Shown here: piece by piece, positions 1 through 8,341 of the stretch | Position numbering within the stretch: the first letter of the stretch is position 1 | Layout: each line of letters starts with the position of its first letter | From: an uncultured Alphaproteobacteria bacterium | GTDB taxonomy: Bacteria; Pseudomonadota; Alphaproteobacteria; RF32; CAG-239 | Assembly (NCBI GenBank): GCA_944391345.1 | Contig: CALXTE010000003.1 | Span: forward strand, 18,375 to 82,374 | Direction of reading: 5' to 3' | DNA: 64,000 bases | Position numbers and translations under genes: made by a program | The notes under the pieces: generated by a model | What the model was told of the DNA's origin: nothing | Database searches by the model: none | The model's input: the letters and a program-made list of their open reading frames with translations, nothing else

Positions 1-19
1 GATTGGAAGATGGATAATC

Positions 20-57
20 TTTTTTTGTTGACTTTTGTCTAATCCTGCTTTATATCC
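20..57 (+). promoter_or_regulatory. Promoter-like cassette copy 1: T-run + GTTGACTTTTGTCTAAT 17-mer (27..43) with TTGACT -35-like and TATATC -10-like, about 63 nt upstream of the ATG at 108
   Basis: 17-mer identical to copies at 6205..6221 and 16041..16057; same spacing to the start codon in all three. Confidence 0.5.
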
Positions 58-107
58 CAAATTAGCGATTTGTATTTTTTTATTTATAATTCTTAAATTT
101 TATTTTT

Positions 108-542
108 ATGGATAATGATAATATTCAATTTCCGTTGCCGGTTCTTTATCAAAATGGGTGTCAATCATTGGCACCTTTGAAAAATGGTCTTAGGCCTGTT
201 GCTATTGTTGTCGGTGAGTTTGCTTTTATGGATGCGGCATCAAAAAGGATGCTCTTATCGTCGGCTCGACGGCATTGCAAGTCTTTGCGCTTTAAATCTT
301 TTTGTATTTCTATGGGGAGTAAGCGTGCTTGGAATGCTTTGTTAGAAAGGTCATTGGAAGATTTTAACAAGACGGCCGCGCTAATTGGCTTTAAGCCGAT
401 CGTTTTTGACGCGCCTTATTGGTTTGATCAAAAAGAAAGAGCCGAATATAGTATGGGGATTGTTGGTTTTCACCGTGTGCGCAGTATGCCTTCTGATACA
501 CTTTTGTTTTATAAGGTGCGGCCGGTTATAAAACTGAAATGA
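108..542 (+). CDS. Hypothetical protein (144 aa), no recognisable family; no SD, AT-rich leader
   Basis: Intact ORF bounded by the cassette promoter element and the shared terminator. Confidence 0.45.
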   Translation: MDNDNIQFPLPVLYQNGCQSLAPLKNGLRPVAIVVGEFAFMDAASKRMLLSSARRHCKSLRFKSFCISMGSKRAWNALLERSLEDFNKTAALIGFKPIVFDAPYWFDQKERAEYSMGIVGFHRVRSMPSDTLLFYKVRPVIKLK

Positions 543-550
543 GTTTTTAG

Positions 551-578
551 AGCTCTGCTTTGTGCAGGGCTTTTTTTA
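551..578 (+). terminator. Rho-independent terminator GCTCTGCTTTGTGCAGGGC + T-run
   Basis: Hairpin plus T7; near-identical to the terminator at 6829..6857. Confidence 0.6.
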
Positions 579-644
579 TTTTGTGCTTGATTTTTTAAAA
601 ATTTATGGTATAAGGTTGACATAGTTGGGAATATTAGTTTGAAA

Positions 645-671
645 GTGGGGTCAAAAAACCCCGCTTTTTTG
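645..671 (+). promoter_or_regulatory. Terminator-like hairpin (GTGGGGTCAAAAAACCCCGC + T6) in the rimP leader, 28 nt upstream of the start codon; possible attenuator of the rimP-nusA-infB operon
   Basis: GC stem plus T-run directly upstream of an essential operon; TTGACA -35-like at 615..620. Confidence 0.35.
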
Positions 672-698
672 TTAACTTAGTTAAAAGGAATCGCCCTT

Positions 699-1202
699 AT
701 GCAGGAACATCCGCTTTATTCTTTAATTGAGCCCGTTGTTGAAAAAGAAGGCTATGAGCTTATTCGGGTTTTGACGGTAGGCGCTAAAAATCCGACTTTG
801 CAGGTTATGATTGATCGCAAAGACGGGAAAAATATTACGGTTGATGATTGTGCCAAAGTTAGTCGTGCCTTGTCTGATGTGCTCGATGATAAAGATCCTA
901 TCGAAAGTCAATATTCTTTAGAGGTCAGTTCTCCGGGAATTGATCGCCCATTGACTAAGCCGGAACATTTTAAGCGTTTTGTCGGATATGAGGCGAAAAT
1001 CGAAACCTCTTGCGAAATTGAGAAGAGAAAGCGCTTTAAGGGTAAAATTATTTCTATTGATAATAAAGGTGTTATCTCTTTTGAAATGGATGACAAAGTT
1101 TATGCCATTCCTTTTGCTGATGTGGCAAAGGCCAAAATTTTAATTACCGATGCGTTGTTGCAAGAATTTGCCGATGCACAAGAAAATTCTGATTTACAAT
1201 AA
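699..1202 (+). CDS. rimP: Ribosome maturation factor RimP
   Basis: Protein similarity (EVSSPGIDRPL motif), AAGGAA RBS, position before nusA. Confidence 0.9.
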   Translation: MQEHPLYSLIEPVVEKEGYELIRVLTVGAKNPTLQVMIDRKDGKNITVDDCAKVSRALSDVLDDKDPIESQYSLEVSSPGIDRPLTKPEHFKRFVGYEAKIETSCEIEKRKRFKGKIISIDNKGVISFEMDDKVYAIPFADVAKAKILITDALLQEFADAQENSDLQ

Positions 1203-1228
1203 CTTTTACAAATAATGAGGATTTAATA

Positions 1229-2773
1229 ATGGAAAATATGGAAAGCATGCCGAGACCGGAAATTATCTTAGTTGCCGATACTGTGGCTCGTGAAAAAAAT
1301 ATTGACCGCGAAGATGTGTTTACGGCAATGGAAGTTGCCATTCAAAAAGGTGCTCGCTCTAAATATGGTGCAGAGCATGATATTCGCGCTAAAATTGACC
1401 GCAAAACCGGTGCTATTGCTTTGTCTCGTTATCGTGAAGTTGTGGCTGATGATGCCATTATCGAAAATGAAGCGGCTCAGTTGCCTTTGAAATTGGCAAA
1501 AAATTATAAAGCTGATGCTAAAGTCGGTGATTTTTTGGTTGATGCTCTTCCGCCGATTGATTTTGGTCGTATTGCCGCTCAAACCGCAAAACAGGTTATC
1601 GTACAAAAAGTTCGTGAAGCTGAACGCAATAAGCAGTTTGAAGAATATAAAGAAAAAATCGGTACAATTGTTAACGGTACGGTTAAGAGAATCGAGTTTG
1701 GCAATGTTATTCTTGATATTGGTAAAACCGAGGCTATTTTGCGTCGTGATGAAATTATTCCGAGAGAAAAGTTTAAGAATGGCGACCGTATTCGTGCGTA
1801 TGTTCTTGACGTTCGTCGCGAAAACAAAGGTCCGCAAATCTTTTTATCTCGTACTTGCCCAGAATTTATGGCTAAGCTCTTTACCCAAGAAGTTCCGGAA
1901 ATTTATGACGGGATTGTTAAAATTATGGGGGTTGCCCGTGATCCGGGATCAAAGGCTAAGATTGCCGTTAAGGCAGATGATATGACGGTTGATGCCGTCG
2001 GCGCTTGTGTCGGATTGCGCGGTATCAGAGTTCAAGCGGTGGTTAATGAACTCCAAGGTGAAAAAATCGACGTTGTTCCTTATTCTGAAGACAAGGCACA
2101 GTATATTGTCAGCGCTTTAGCTCCGGCAGAAGTTACAAAAGTTGTTCTTGATGAGGAAAATAATCGTATTGAAGCGGTTGTGGCTCAAGACCAGTTCTCT
2201 ATTGCTATCGGTCGTCGCGGTCAGAATGTAAAGCTTGCTTCTCAGCTTTTGGGTTGCGATATTGATGTTTTGACCGAAGAACAAGAGCAAGAGCGTCGTT
2301 CTAATGAAAACAAGGTTCGTTCTCAGCGCTTTATGGAGGCTTTGGATGTTGATGAGATGATTGCGCATCTCTTGATTGCCGAAGGCTTTTCTACCGTTGA
2401 TGAGATTGCTTTGGTTGATTTGTCAGAGCTTTCTGAAATCGAAGGTTTTGATGAAGATGTGGCTAAAGAATTGCAGAATCGTGCAAAAGAATTTGTGGCT
2501 AAGCGCGATGCCGAATTTGCCGATAAGAAAAAGTCTCTCGGTATTGACGATCAGCTTATGGGTATCAATGGTTTGGACCAAGATATGATTTTGACCCTTG
2601 CTGAAAAAGGTGTTAAAACTCTTGATGATCTGGGTGATTTGGCGGCCGATGAGCTTATTGAAATGCTCGGTGAAAATGTTATTTCTCAAACCGAGGCCAA
2701 TAAAATCATCATGGAAGCCCGTGAGCACTGGTTTACTGATGAGGAAAATGCTTCTGACGGAGAAAAGCTGTAA
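1229..2773 (+). CDS. nusA: Transcription termination/antitermination factor NusA
   Basis: 514 aa with S1/KH/AR domains; TGAGGA RBS. Confidence 0.95.
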   Translation: MENMESMPRPEIILVADTVAREKNIDREDVFTAMEVAIQKGARSKYGAEHDIRAKIDRKTGAIALSRYREVVADDAIIENEAAQLPLKLAKNYKADAKVGDFLVDALPPIDFGRIAAQTAKQVIVQKVREAERNKQFEEYKEKIGTIVNGTVKRIEFGNVILDIGKTEAILRRDEIIPREKFKNGDRIRAYVLDVRRENKGPQIFLSRTCPEFMAKLFTQEVPEIYDGIVKIMGVARDPGSKAKIAVKADDMTVDAVGACVGLRGIRVQAVVNELQGEKIDVVPYSEDKAQYIVSALAPAEVTKVVLDEENNRIEAVVAQDQFSIAIGRRGQNVKLASQLLGCDIDVLTEEQEQERRSNENKVRSQRFMEALDVDEMIAHLLIAEGFSTVDEIALVDLSELSEIEGFDEDVAKELQNRAKEFVAKRDAEFADKKKSLGIDDQLMGINGLDQDMILTLAEKGVKTLDDLGDLAADELIEMLGENVISQTEANKIIMEAREHWFTDEENASDGEKL

Positions 2774-2813
2774 TGGCTTTTCTCCGCTTTGGCGGCTTTT
2801 GAGGTGAAACATA

Positions 2814-3383
2814 ATGGAAAAAGATATTCTTAGAAAATGTATTGCCAGCGGCGAGATAAAGTCTAAGACCGATATGCTCCGTTTTGTGTTGGTTAACGGC
2901 AATACGGTGGTGCCCGATTTTTATAAAAAACTGGCAGGTAAGGGTATCTATGTTTCTAATTCAAAAAAACTGCTCGAAACAGCCGTAAATAAGCATCTTT
3001 TTGCTAAAGTCACAAAGGGAAAAGCTCATGAGGAAGATGCTCTTGTTCAAATGGTTGAGGCTTTGTTGAAGAAAAAATGCTTTGATATGCTGAATTTGGC
3101 TCGTAAAGCCGGACAATTTGTTGCCGGTTTTGAAAAAGTTAAAGAGGCGATTGTGAAAAATAAAGCGGCTTTTTTGTTAGAGGCAGGTGATGCCGGCGAT
3201 GATGGTCATCAAAAGATTTTGGCCGTTGCCGGTGATTTGGAAATTTTTGATTTATTTACTGTTGAGGAGTTGGACAAGGCACTGGATAAGGTTAATACAG
3301 TTCATGCCGCTTTGCTTAAAGGCGATATGGCAAAGGCTGTTTATAGAGAACTAAAACGTTATGAGCAGTTTATAAATGCATAA
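2814..3383 (+). CDS. YlxR (DUF448)-like RNA-binding protein fused to an L7Ae-like domain, nusA-infB intergenic gene
   Basis: Motif LRFVLVNG...GKGIYV; conserved position between nusA and infB. Confidence 0.75.
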   Translation: MEKDILRKCIASGEIKSKTDMLRFVLVNGNTVVPDFYKKLAGKGIYVSNSKKLLETAVNKHLFAKVTKGKAHEEDALVQMVEALLKKKCFDMLNLARKAGQFVAGFEKVKEAIVKNKAAFLLEAGDAGDDGHQKILAVAGDLEIFDLFTVEELDKALDKVNTVHAALLKGDMAKAVYRELKRYEQFINA

Positions 3384-3413
3384 ATTAAAAAGACGATATG
3401 GAGAAAGATATTA

Positions 3414-5918
3414 ATGACAGAAGATAGTGCAAAAAGCAGATTGACATTATCAGGGAAGTCTACCCTTACCCTTAAAAATGTGGGTGATGGCGCTAAAAGC
3501 CATAATGACGGCAAAAAGGTCGTTCAGGTTGAGGTGCGCAAAAAAAGAATTATTTCTGCCGCAAAAAAAGAAGAACCAAAAGTGCAGATTGATGATGCTA
3601 CCGCTGCTAAGCTTAAACTGATTGCCGAAGCAAAAGAGCATGAGGCAAAACGTCGTCTTGAAGAAGAAGAAAAAGAACGTCAACGCCAGTTGCGTCGCGA
3701 GCAAGAAGAGGCTCTTAAAGCTCAAAAACAAGCTGAAGAACAAGAAAAAGAAAAGGCTCAGAGCCAGCAAAAAGCTGAAAACAAACCGGTCCAACAGCTT
3801 GAGCCTCAGGCTGAGATTAATCCTGAAAAATCGGCTGTGGCGGAAGAACGTGCGGTTGCAAAGGCTAAAGACAAAAAAACTCGTGATTTTGACGATGAAG
3901 AAGATAGTGATGATGAGGGCGCTTATCGTTCTCAAAAAGGCGGAAAATCTTTAAGCAAAGAAGAGGTTTTTGAACAAGAACGCAAGAAAATTATGAAGCG
4001 CAGCTTTGAACCGCAACGCCGCGGCGGCAAAGTTAATCTTCATAATGTTATGGGCGCAATGGATGATGATGACGATGATTATGGCTACGGAGCACCTCGT
4101 CGTCGTTTTAAGAAAAAACAGCCCAAGCCCCAACAAGCGCCGCAACAGCCGGCTGAAAAAATTGTAAAAGAAGTTGTTATTCCTGAAATTATTACTGTTC
4201 AGGAACTGGCTAACCGTATGGCAGAAAAGAGTGCCGAAGTTATTAAAAAACTGATGGCTCTCGGGGTTATGGCAACGATTAATCAGCCGATTGATGCTGA
4301 TACGGCTCAAATTGTGGTTGAAGAATTTGGACACAAGGTTAAACGTGTGGCAGATAGTGATGTGGAGCAAGGTTTGACCGGACCGGAAGACAAGGCTGAA
4401 GATTTGCAGCCCAGAGCACCGGTGGTTACGGTTATGGGACACGTTGACCATGGTAAAACATCTCTGCTTGATGCTTTGCGCGAAACCAATGTGGCCGCCC
4501 GTGAAGCCGGTGGTATTACCCAGCATATCGGTGCTTATCAGATTGAAGTTGCCGGTGGTAAAAAAATTACCTTTATTGATACGCCGGGGCATGAAGCATT
4601 TTCCGAAATGCGTGCTCGCGGTGCAAAAGTTACGGATATCGTTGTGTTAGTTGTGGCTGCTAATGATGGTATTATGCCGCAGACCGTCGAGGCTATTCGT
4701 CATGCTCAGGCCGCCGAGGTTCCGATTGTGGTGGCAATTAATAAAATTGATTTGCCCGGTGCAGATCCGATGAAAGTTAAAACAGCTTTGCTGCAGCACG
4801 GAATTGCCGTTGAAGAAATGGGCGGTGATAGTTTGTGCGCCGAGGTTTCTGCCAAAAAGAGAATTAATATCGACAAGTTGGTCGAAGCAATTTTGCTGCA
4901 GGCTGAAATCCTTGATTTGAAAGCTAATCCAAACCGTTTGGCACAAGGAGCGGTTATTGAAGCTAAAATGGAAAAAGGTCGTGGTTCTGTGGCTACGGTT
5001 TTGGTTCAAAACGGCACGCTTCGTGTCGGCGATATTTGTATTGCCGGAAAAGAATGGGGCCATATTCGCGCTATGTTTAATGAAAACGGCAAAAAAGTTA
5101 CCGAAGCCGGTCCGGCAACACCGGTCGAAATTCTTGGTTTGCAAGGAACACCGGCCGCCGGTGATGATTTTGTTATTGTTAAAGATGAGGCCCAAGCCAA
5201 AGAAGTTACCAATTATCGTATTCGCAAAGAGCGCGATGCAAAGCTGGTTAAGAGCGCAAAATCAGCTATGGAGCAAATGCTTGATAAGATTAAGTCCGGT
5301 GAAGTTAAACATCTTCCGGTTATTATCAAAGCTGATGTTCAAGGCTCTATCGAAGCGATTGAAGGTACCATCAAAAAACTCTCTAATGATGAAGTCAGTG
5401 TTCAGATTTTGCACTCTGCCGTAGGTCCGATTTCGGATTCAGATGTTACCTTGGCAAAGGCTTCAAATGCCTTTATTATCGGATTTAACGTTCGTGCTAT
5501 TCCGCATGCGCGTGATCTTGCTCGTCAAGACGGCGTTGATATTCGTTATTATTCCATTATCTATGATGTGGTTGATGATATTAAGAAAGCGCTGGAAGGA
5601 ATGTTAACCCCCGAACTTAAAGAAAAGATTATCGGTTATGCCGAAATTCGTAATGTCTTTAATATTACCGGTGTTGGTAAAGTCGGTGGTTGTATGGTTA
5701 CCGAAGGTTATGTTAAACGTGGCGCAAAAGTTCGCCTGTTGCGTGATAACGTTGTTATTCACGATGGTGCTCTTGCGCAGCTCAAACGTTTCAAAGAAGA
5801 CGTCCGTGAAGTAAAATCCGGTTATGAATGCGGTATGAGTTTTGAAAACTACAACGACATTCAAGTTGGTGATTTTATTGAGTGTTATGAGGTGGAGGAG
5901 ATAGCTCCAACCCTTTAA
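3414..5918 (+). CDS. infB: Translation initiation factor IF-2
   Basis: 834 aa; GTP-binding motifs [28 protein letters not shown]; K/E/Q-rich N-terminus. Confidence 0.97.
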   Translation: MTEDSAKSRLTLSGKSTLTLKNVGDGAKSHNDGKKVVQVEVRKKRIISAAKKEEPKVQIDDATAAKLKLIAEAKEHEAKRRLEEEEKERQRQLRREQEEALKAQKQAEEQEKEKAQSQQKAENKPVQQLEPQAEINPEKSAVAEERAVAKAKDKKTRDFDDEEDSDDEGAYRSQKGGKSLSKEEVFEQERKKIMKRSFEPQRRGGKVNLHNVMGAMDDDDDDYGYGAPRRRFKKKQPKPQQAPQQPAEKIVKEVVIPEIITVQELANRMAEKSAEVIKKLMALGVMATINQPIDADTAQIVVEEFGHKVKRVADSDVEQGLTGPEDKAEDLQPRAPVVTVMGHVDHGKTSLLDALRETNVAAREAGGITQHIGAYQIEVAGGKKITFIDTPGHEAFSEMRARGAKVTDIVVLVVAANDGIMPQTVEAIRHAQAAEVPIVVAINKIDLPGADPMKVKTALLQHGIAVEEMGGDSLCAEVSAKKRINIDKLVEAILLQAEILDLKANPNRLAQGAVIEAKMEKGRGSVATVLVQNGTLRVGDICIAGKEWGHIRAMFNENGKKVTEAGPATPVEILGLQGTPAAGDDFVIVKDEAQAKEVTNYRIRKERDAKLVKSAKSAMEQMLDKIKSGEVKHLPVIIKADVQGSIEAIEGTIKKLSNDEVSVQILHSAVGPISDSDVTLAKASNAFIIGFNVRAIPHARDLARQDGVDIRYYSIIYDVVDDIKKALEGMLTPELKEKIIGYAEIRNVFNITGVGKVGGCMVTEGYVKRGAKVRLLRDNVVIHDGALAQLKRFKEDVREVKSGYECGMSFENYNDIQVGDFIECYEVEEIAPTL

Positions 5919-5924
5919 AAGTTT

Positions 5925-6047
5925 ACTCTGTGGTCGACTAATACAGATTTTGCGGATAGGAAAAATGCTCATGTACTACTGTGTACACTGCGCTTTTTCC
6001 TTCCTTAAATCTTATTACTCGACTCATTCTCCAAACTTTTTGAAAAG
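5925..6047. repeat. Intergenic repeat unit, type 1 (...GGTCGACTAATACAGATTTTGCGGATAGGAAAAATGCTCATGTACTACTGTGTACACTGCGCTTTTTCCTTCC...CTCCAAACTTTTTGAAAAG), directly after the infB stop
   Basis: Near-identical to 10460..10590 and 11456..11580; internal inverted repeats GGATAGGAAAAATGC / GCGCTTTTTCCTTCC and GTGTACAC. Confidence 0.8.
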
Positions 6048-6154
6048 TCATCTAGAGGTATTTTACGCTGTCTCGAAAAATTCATGTACTATTTGTGTAC
6101 ACTAAAATTTTTCTCGCAGCTAGAAATGCCTCTATCTGTACTATTATCCCCAGT

Positions 6155-6189
6155 TTTAAGTTCGTATAATGGTCGACTAATACAGATTT
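6155..6189. repeat. Partial repeat head (AAGTTCGTATAATGGTCGACTAATACAGATTT) abutting the cassette promoter element; a degenerate core fragment lies at 6081..6112
   Basis: Matches the 5' end of type-1 units. Confidence 0.6.
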
Positions 6190-6197
6190 GGATATCG

Positions 6198-6236
6198 TTT
6201 TTTTGTTGACTTTTGTCTAATAATATTTTAGTCTTT
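6198..6236 (+). promoter_or_regulatory. Promoter-like cassette copy 2 (17-mer at 6205..6221)
   Basis: Exact 17-mer and T-run; about 60 nt upstream of the ATG at 6282. Confidence 0.5.
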
Positions 6237-6281
6237 TTTTGTTTTTTTTATTATGATGTCAAATTTAATAATTATACTTAT

Positions 6282-6824
6282 ATGGAAAAAAAAGAAGTTT
6301 TAGATCGGATTTTTGCTCTCATGAAGGATGCAGATATATCTCCGGAAGAAGTTGCCCATTATTTTGGCGGATATTTTGTAAAAAAGGGTGGGCCTCGAGA
6401 ACGTTTTTCGTTTGAAGTTATTTATGAGAATGATAAACGTTCATGGTTTCCTTTACAAGGCGTGCAGCCAAAGGCCTTGATTATTGCGGGAAAGGCTGTT
6501 TTTATTAACCATTCGACTGATCATTTAGATTGGTTTGAGTCCGGAAAATATTGCGAAGAACAAACTATTCTTGGTAAGAAATGTTCTTGCGGTGATCGGC
6601 ATTTTTGGCTGGTTGAGGTTCGACCACGCTTGACGCAGATTAATATTCAGCGTGTAAGAATGGGGTTTGAACCACTTTGTCCTCATGATATTTTGTGGAC
6701 AGACAACGAATGTGGACTCGGAAGAGGAGCCGGAATAGTTTATTTTTCCGGAAGTCCTGATAATCTTGAGGCCAGCGGAAAGCTTAATGCCTACTTTGCC
6801 TGTCCGGTTGCTTCTTTAGATTAA
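6282..6824 (+). CDS. Hypothetical Cys-rich protein (180 aa) with no recognisable family, occupying the usual rbfA position between infB and truB
   Basis: Intact ORF. The track start at 6213 is a TTG inside the promoter element; the first ATG is at 6282. Flanked by the cassette promoter and the shared terminator. Confidence 0.5.
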   Translation: MEKKEVLDRIFALMKDADISPEEVAHYFGGYFVKKGGPRERFSFEVIYENDKRSWFPLQGVQPKALIIAGKAVFINHSTDHLDWFESGKYCEEQTILGKKCSCGDRHFWLVEVRPRLTQINIQRVRMGFEPLCPHDILWTDNECGLGRGAGIVYFSGSPDNLEASGKLNAYFACPVASLD

Positions 6825-6828
6825 GAAA

Positions 6829-6857
6829 AAGCTCTGCTTATGCAGGGCTTTTTTTGG
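6829..6857 (+). terminator. Rho-independent terminator GCTCTGCTTATGCAGGGC + T-run
   Basis: Near-identical to 551..578. Confidence 0.65.
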
Positions 6858-6933
6858 TTTTAAATCAGTTGACAGGGGGCGGTTTATCCTTTATCACCTT
6901 CGGTATAAGGTTTTAATGTTACGGAATTTTGGA

Positions 6934-7839
6934 ATGAAACATAAGGGGCAAGACATAAACGGTTGGTTGATTATAGATAAACCTCGCGGAATGGGCTCAA
7001 CCGAGGTTGTGCGCCGTACAAAACGTATTTTTAAGGCAAAGAAAAACGGGCATGCCGGAACACTTGATCCTTTTGCTACCGGAGTTTTGCCGATTGCTTT
7101 CGGTGAGGCGACAAAACTTTTGCCGTTTGTAACCGACGGGGTTAAAGAATACGAATTTGTGGTGCAGTGGGGGGCCGCGACTAATACCGATGATTCTGAC
7201 GGTGAAATTATTAAGCGCTGTGATAAAATTCCGACGCAAGAAGAAATTCTTAATATTTTGCCAGCGTTTTTAGGCAAAATCATGCAGGTGCCGCCGGCTT
7301 ATTCCGCTCTTAAAATAAACGGGCAGAGAGCCTATGATTTGGCGCGGAAAGGGGTTGACTTTTCTATTCCGCCGCGCGAGGTTGAAATTTTTGAGCTTGA
7401 ACTTGTCGAAATTCTGCCGGCGAATCGGGCAAAGTTTCGCGTGGTTTGTTCAAAAGGAACTTATGTGCGCACTTTGGGACATGATATTGCTCAAAAACTC
7501 GGTACTTTGGGCTATTTGCAGGAGCTTCGGCGTTTAAAATGCGGGCAATTTGACCTTAGACATAAAATTTTACTGGAAAATTTAGAAAATATGGTGTATG
7601 GTGATGCCCTAAATGAAGTTTTGCTTCCGATAGAAACATTTCTGTGCGACATCACGGTTATTGCTGTTTCGGAAGTTGAGGCCGCTAAGCTTAAACTCGG
7701 GCAGGCGCTCTCGCCAAAGGCTTTTGATGTTCAAAAGCTTGTCGGGCAAGAGGCGGTTGCCGTTTGTGAGGGAAAGCCGGTGGCCGTGGTGCGAATCGAG
7801 GAGCGCAGAATTGCTCCCGTTCGTGTGTTTAATCTTTAA
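6934..7839 (+). CDS. truB: tRNA pseudouridine(55) synthase TruB (alternative start at 6916)
   Basis: Motif [11 protein letters not shown]...GHAGTLDP; TTGACA/TATCAC promoter-like at 6873..6900. Confidence 0.9.
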   Translation: MKHKGQDINGWLIIDKPRGMGSTEVVRRTKRIFKAKKNGHAGTLDPFATGVLPIAFGEATKLLPFVTDGVKEYEFVVQWGAATNTDDSDGEIIKRCDKIPTQEEILNILPAFLGKIMQVPPAYSALKINGQRAYDLARKGVDFSIPPREVEIFELELVEILPANRAKFRVVCSKGTYVRTLGHDIAQKLGTLGYLQELRRLKCGQFDLRHKILLENLENMVYGDALNEVLLPIETFLCDITVIAVSEVEAAKLKLGQALSPKAFDVQKLVGQEAVAVCEGKPVAVVRIEERRIAPVRVFNL

Positions 7840-7862
7840 AATTAAAAAAAGGAAATATACAG

Positions 7863-8132
7863 ATGTCGATTAGTCAAGATGAAGTTAAAGATATTGTCAG
7901 CAAATTTGGTTTGAATCCGAATGATACCGGTTCTCCGGAAGTTCAAATCGCTATTTGGACCGCTCGTATTAACAAACTTATTGAACATTTTAATGTTCAT
8001 AACAAAGATTTGCACTCTCGTTTGGGCTTGATGAAGATGGTTAGCCGTCGTCGTCACTTGCTCGACTATCTTAAAGCTAAAAACAGCGACAGATATCAGA
8101 ACATTATTAAAAAGCTGGATCTGCGTAAGTAA
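7863..8132 (+). CDS. rpsO: 30S ribosomal protein S15
   Basis: 89 aa, strong similarity; RBS AAGGAAA. Confidence 0.97.
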   Translation: MSISQDEVKDIVSKFGLNPNDTGSPEVQIAIWTARINKLIEHFNVHNKDLHSRLGLMKMVSRRRHLLDYLKAKNSDRYQNIIKKLDLRK

Positions 8133-8224
8133 GAGACTTTTGGCGTTTGGAGGGAAGAGGCCGTTTTTCTTTTAGCGGCAAAGAAAGTTTTTAGCTTTTG
8201 GCTCTTTCTTCCAAGCGCTTTTTT

Positions 8225-8246
8225 GCCCCTCGGGGCTTTTGTTTTA
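8225..8246 (+). terminator. rpsO terminator GCCCCTCGGGGC + T-run
   Basis: GC hairpin followed by TTTTGTTTT. Confidence 0.6.
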
Positions 8247-8268
8247 ATTATTATGCTTTATTAAAAAT

Positions 8269-8295
8269 CCCGTGACTTTTATGACCAAGTCAGGG
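8269..8295 (+). promoter_or_regulatory. pnp 5' leader hairpin (CCCGTGACTT...AAGTCAGGG), candidate RNase III / autoregulatory site
   Basis: Long imperfect stem about 50 nt upstream of the pnp start; analogous to the known pnp leader architecture. Confidence 0.35.
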
Positions 8296-8341
8296 TGAGG
8301 TTTATAAAGATGTTAAAGATGTTATGAAAGGTGTTTGAAAT

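Noticed and set aside
1268-1837. 189-aa minus-strand ORF inside nusA, and other small ORFs in nusA
   Set aside because: They are antisense to a conserved gene.
3450-5212. Multiple ORFs of 60-213 aa on the minus strand and in the +2 frame inside infB
   Set aside because: They are antisense or alternate frames of a highly conserved gene, with low-complexity K/F/L-rich composition driven by the GAA/AAA-rich infB N-terminus.
5919-6212. rbfA
   Set aside because: No RbfA-like ORF was found in any frame between infB and truB; only repeats and cassette elements are present.
6213-6281. TTG-initiated N-terminal extension of ORF 6282..6824
   Set aside because: The extension starts inside the conserved promoter 17-mer and encodes poly-F/Y/N from an AT-rich leader. 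The first ATG at 6282 is used instead.
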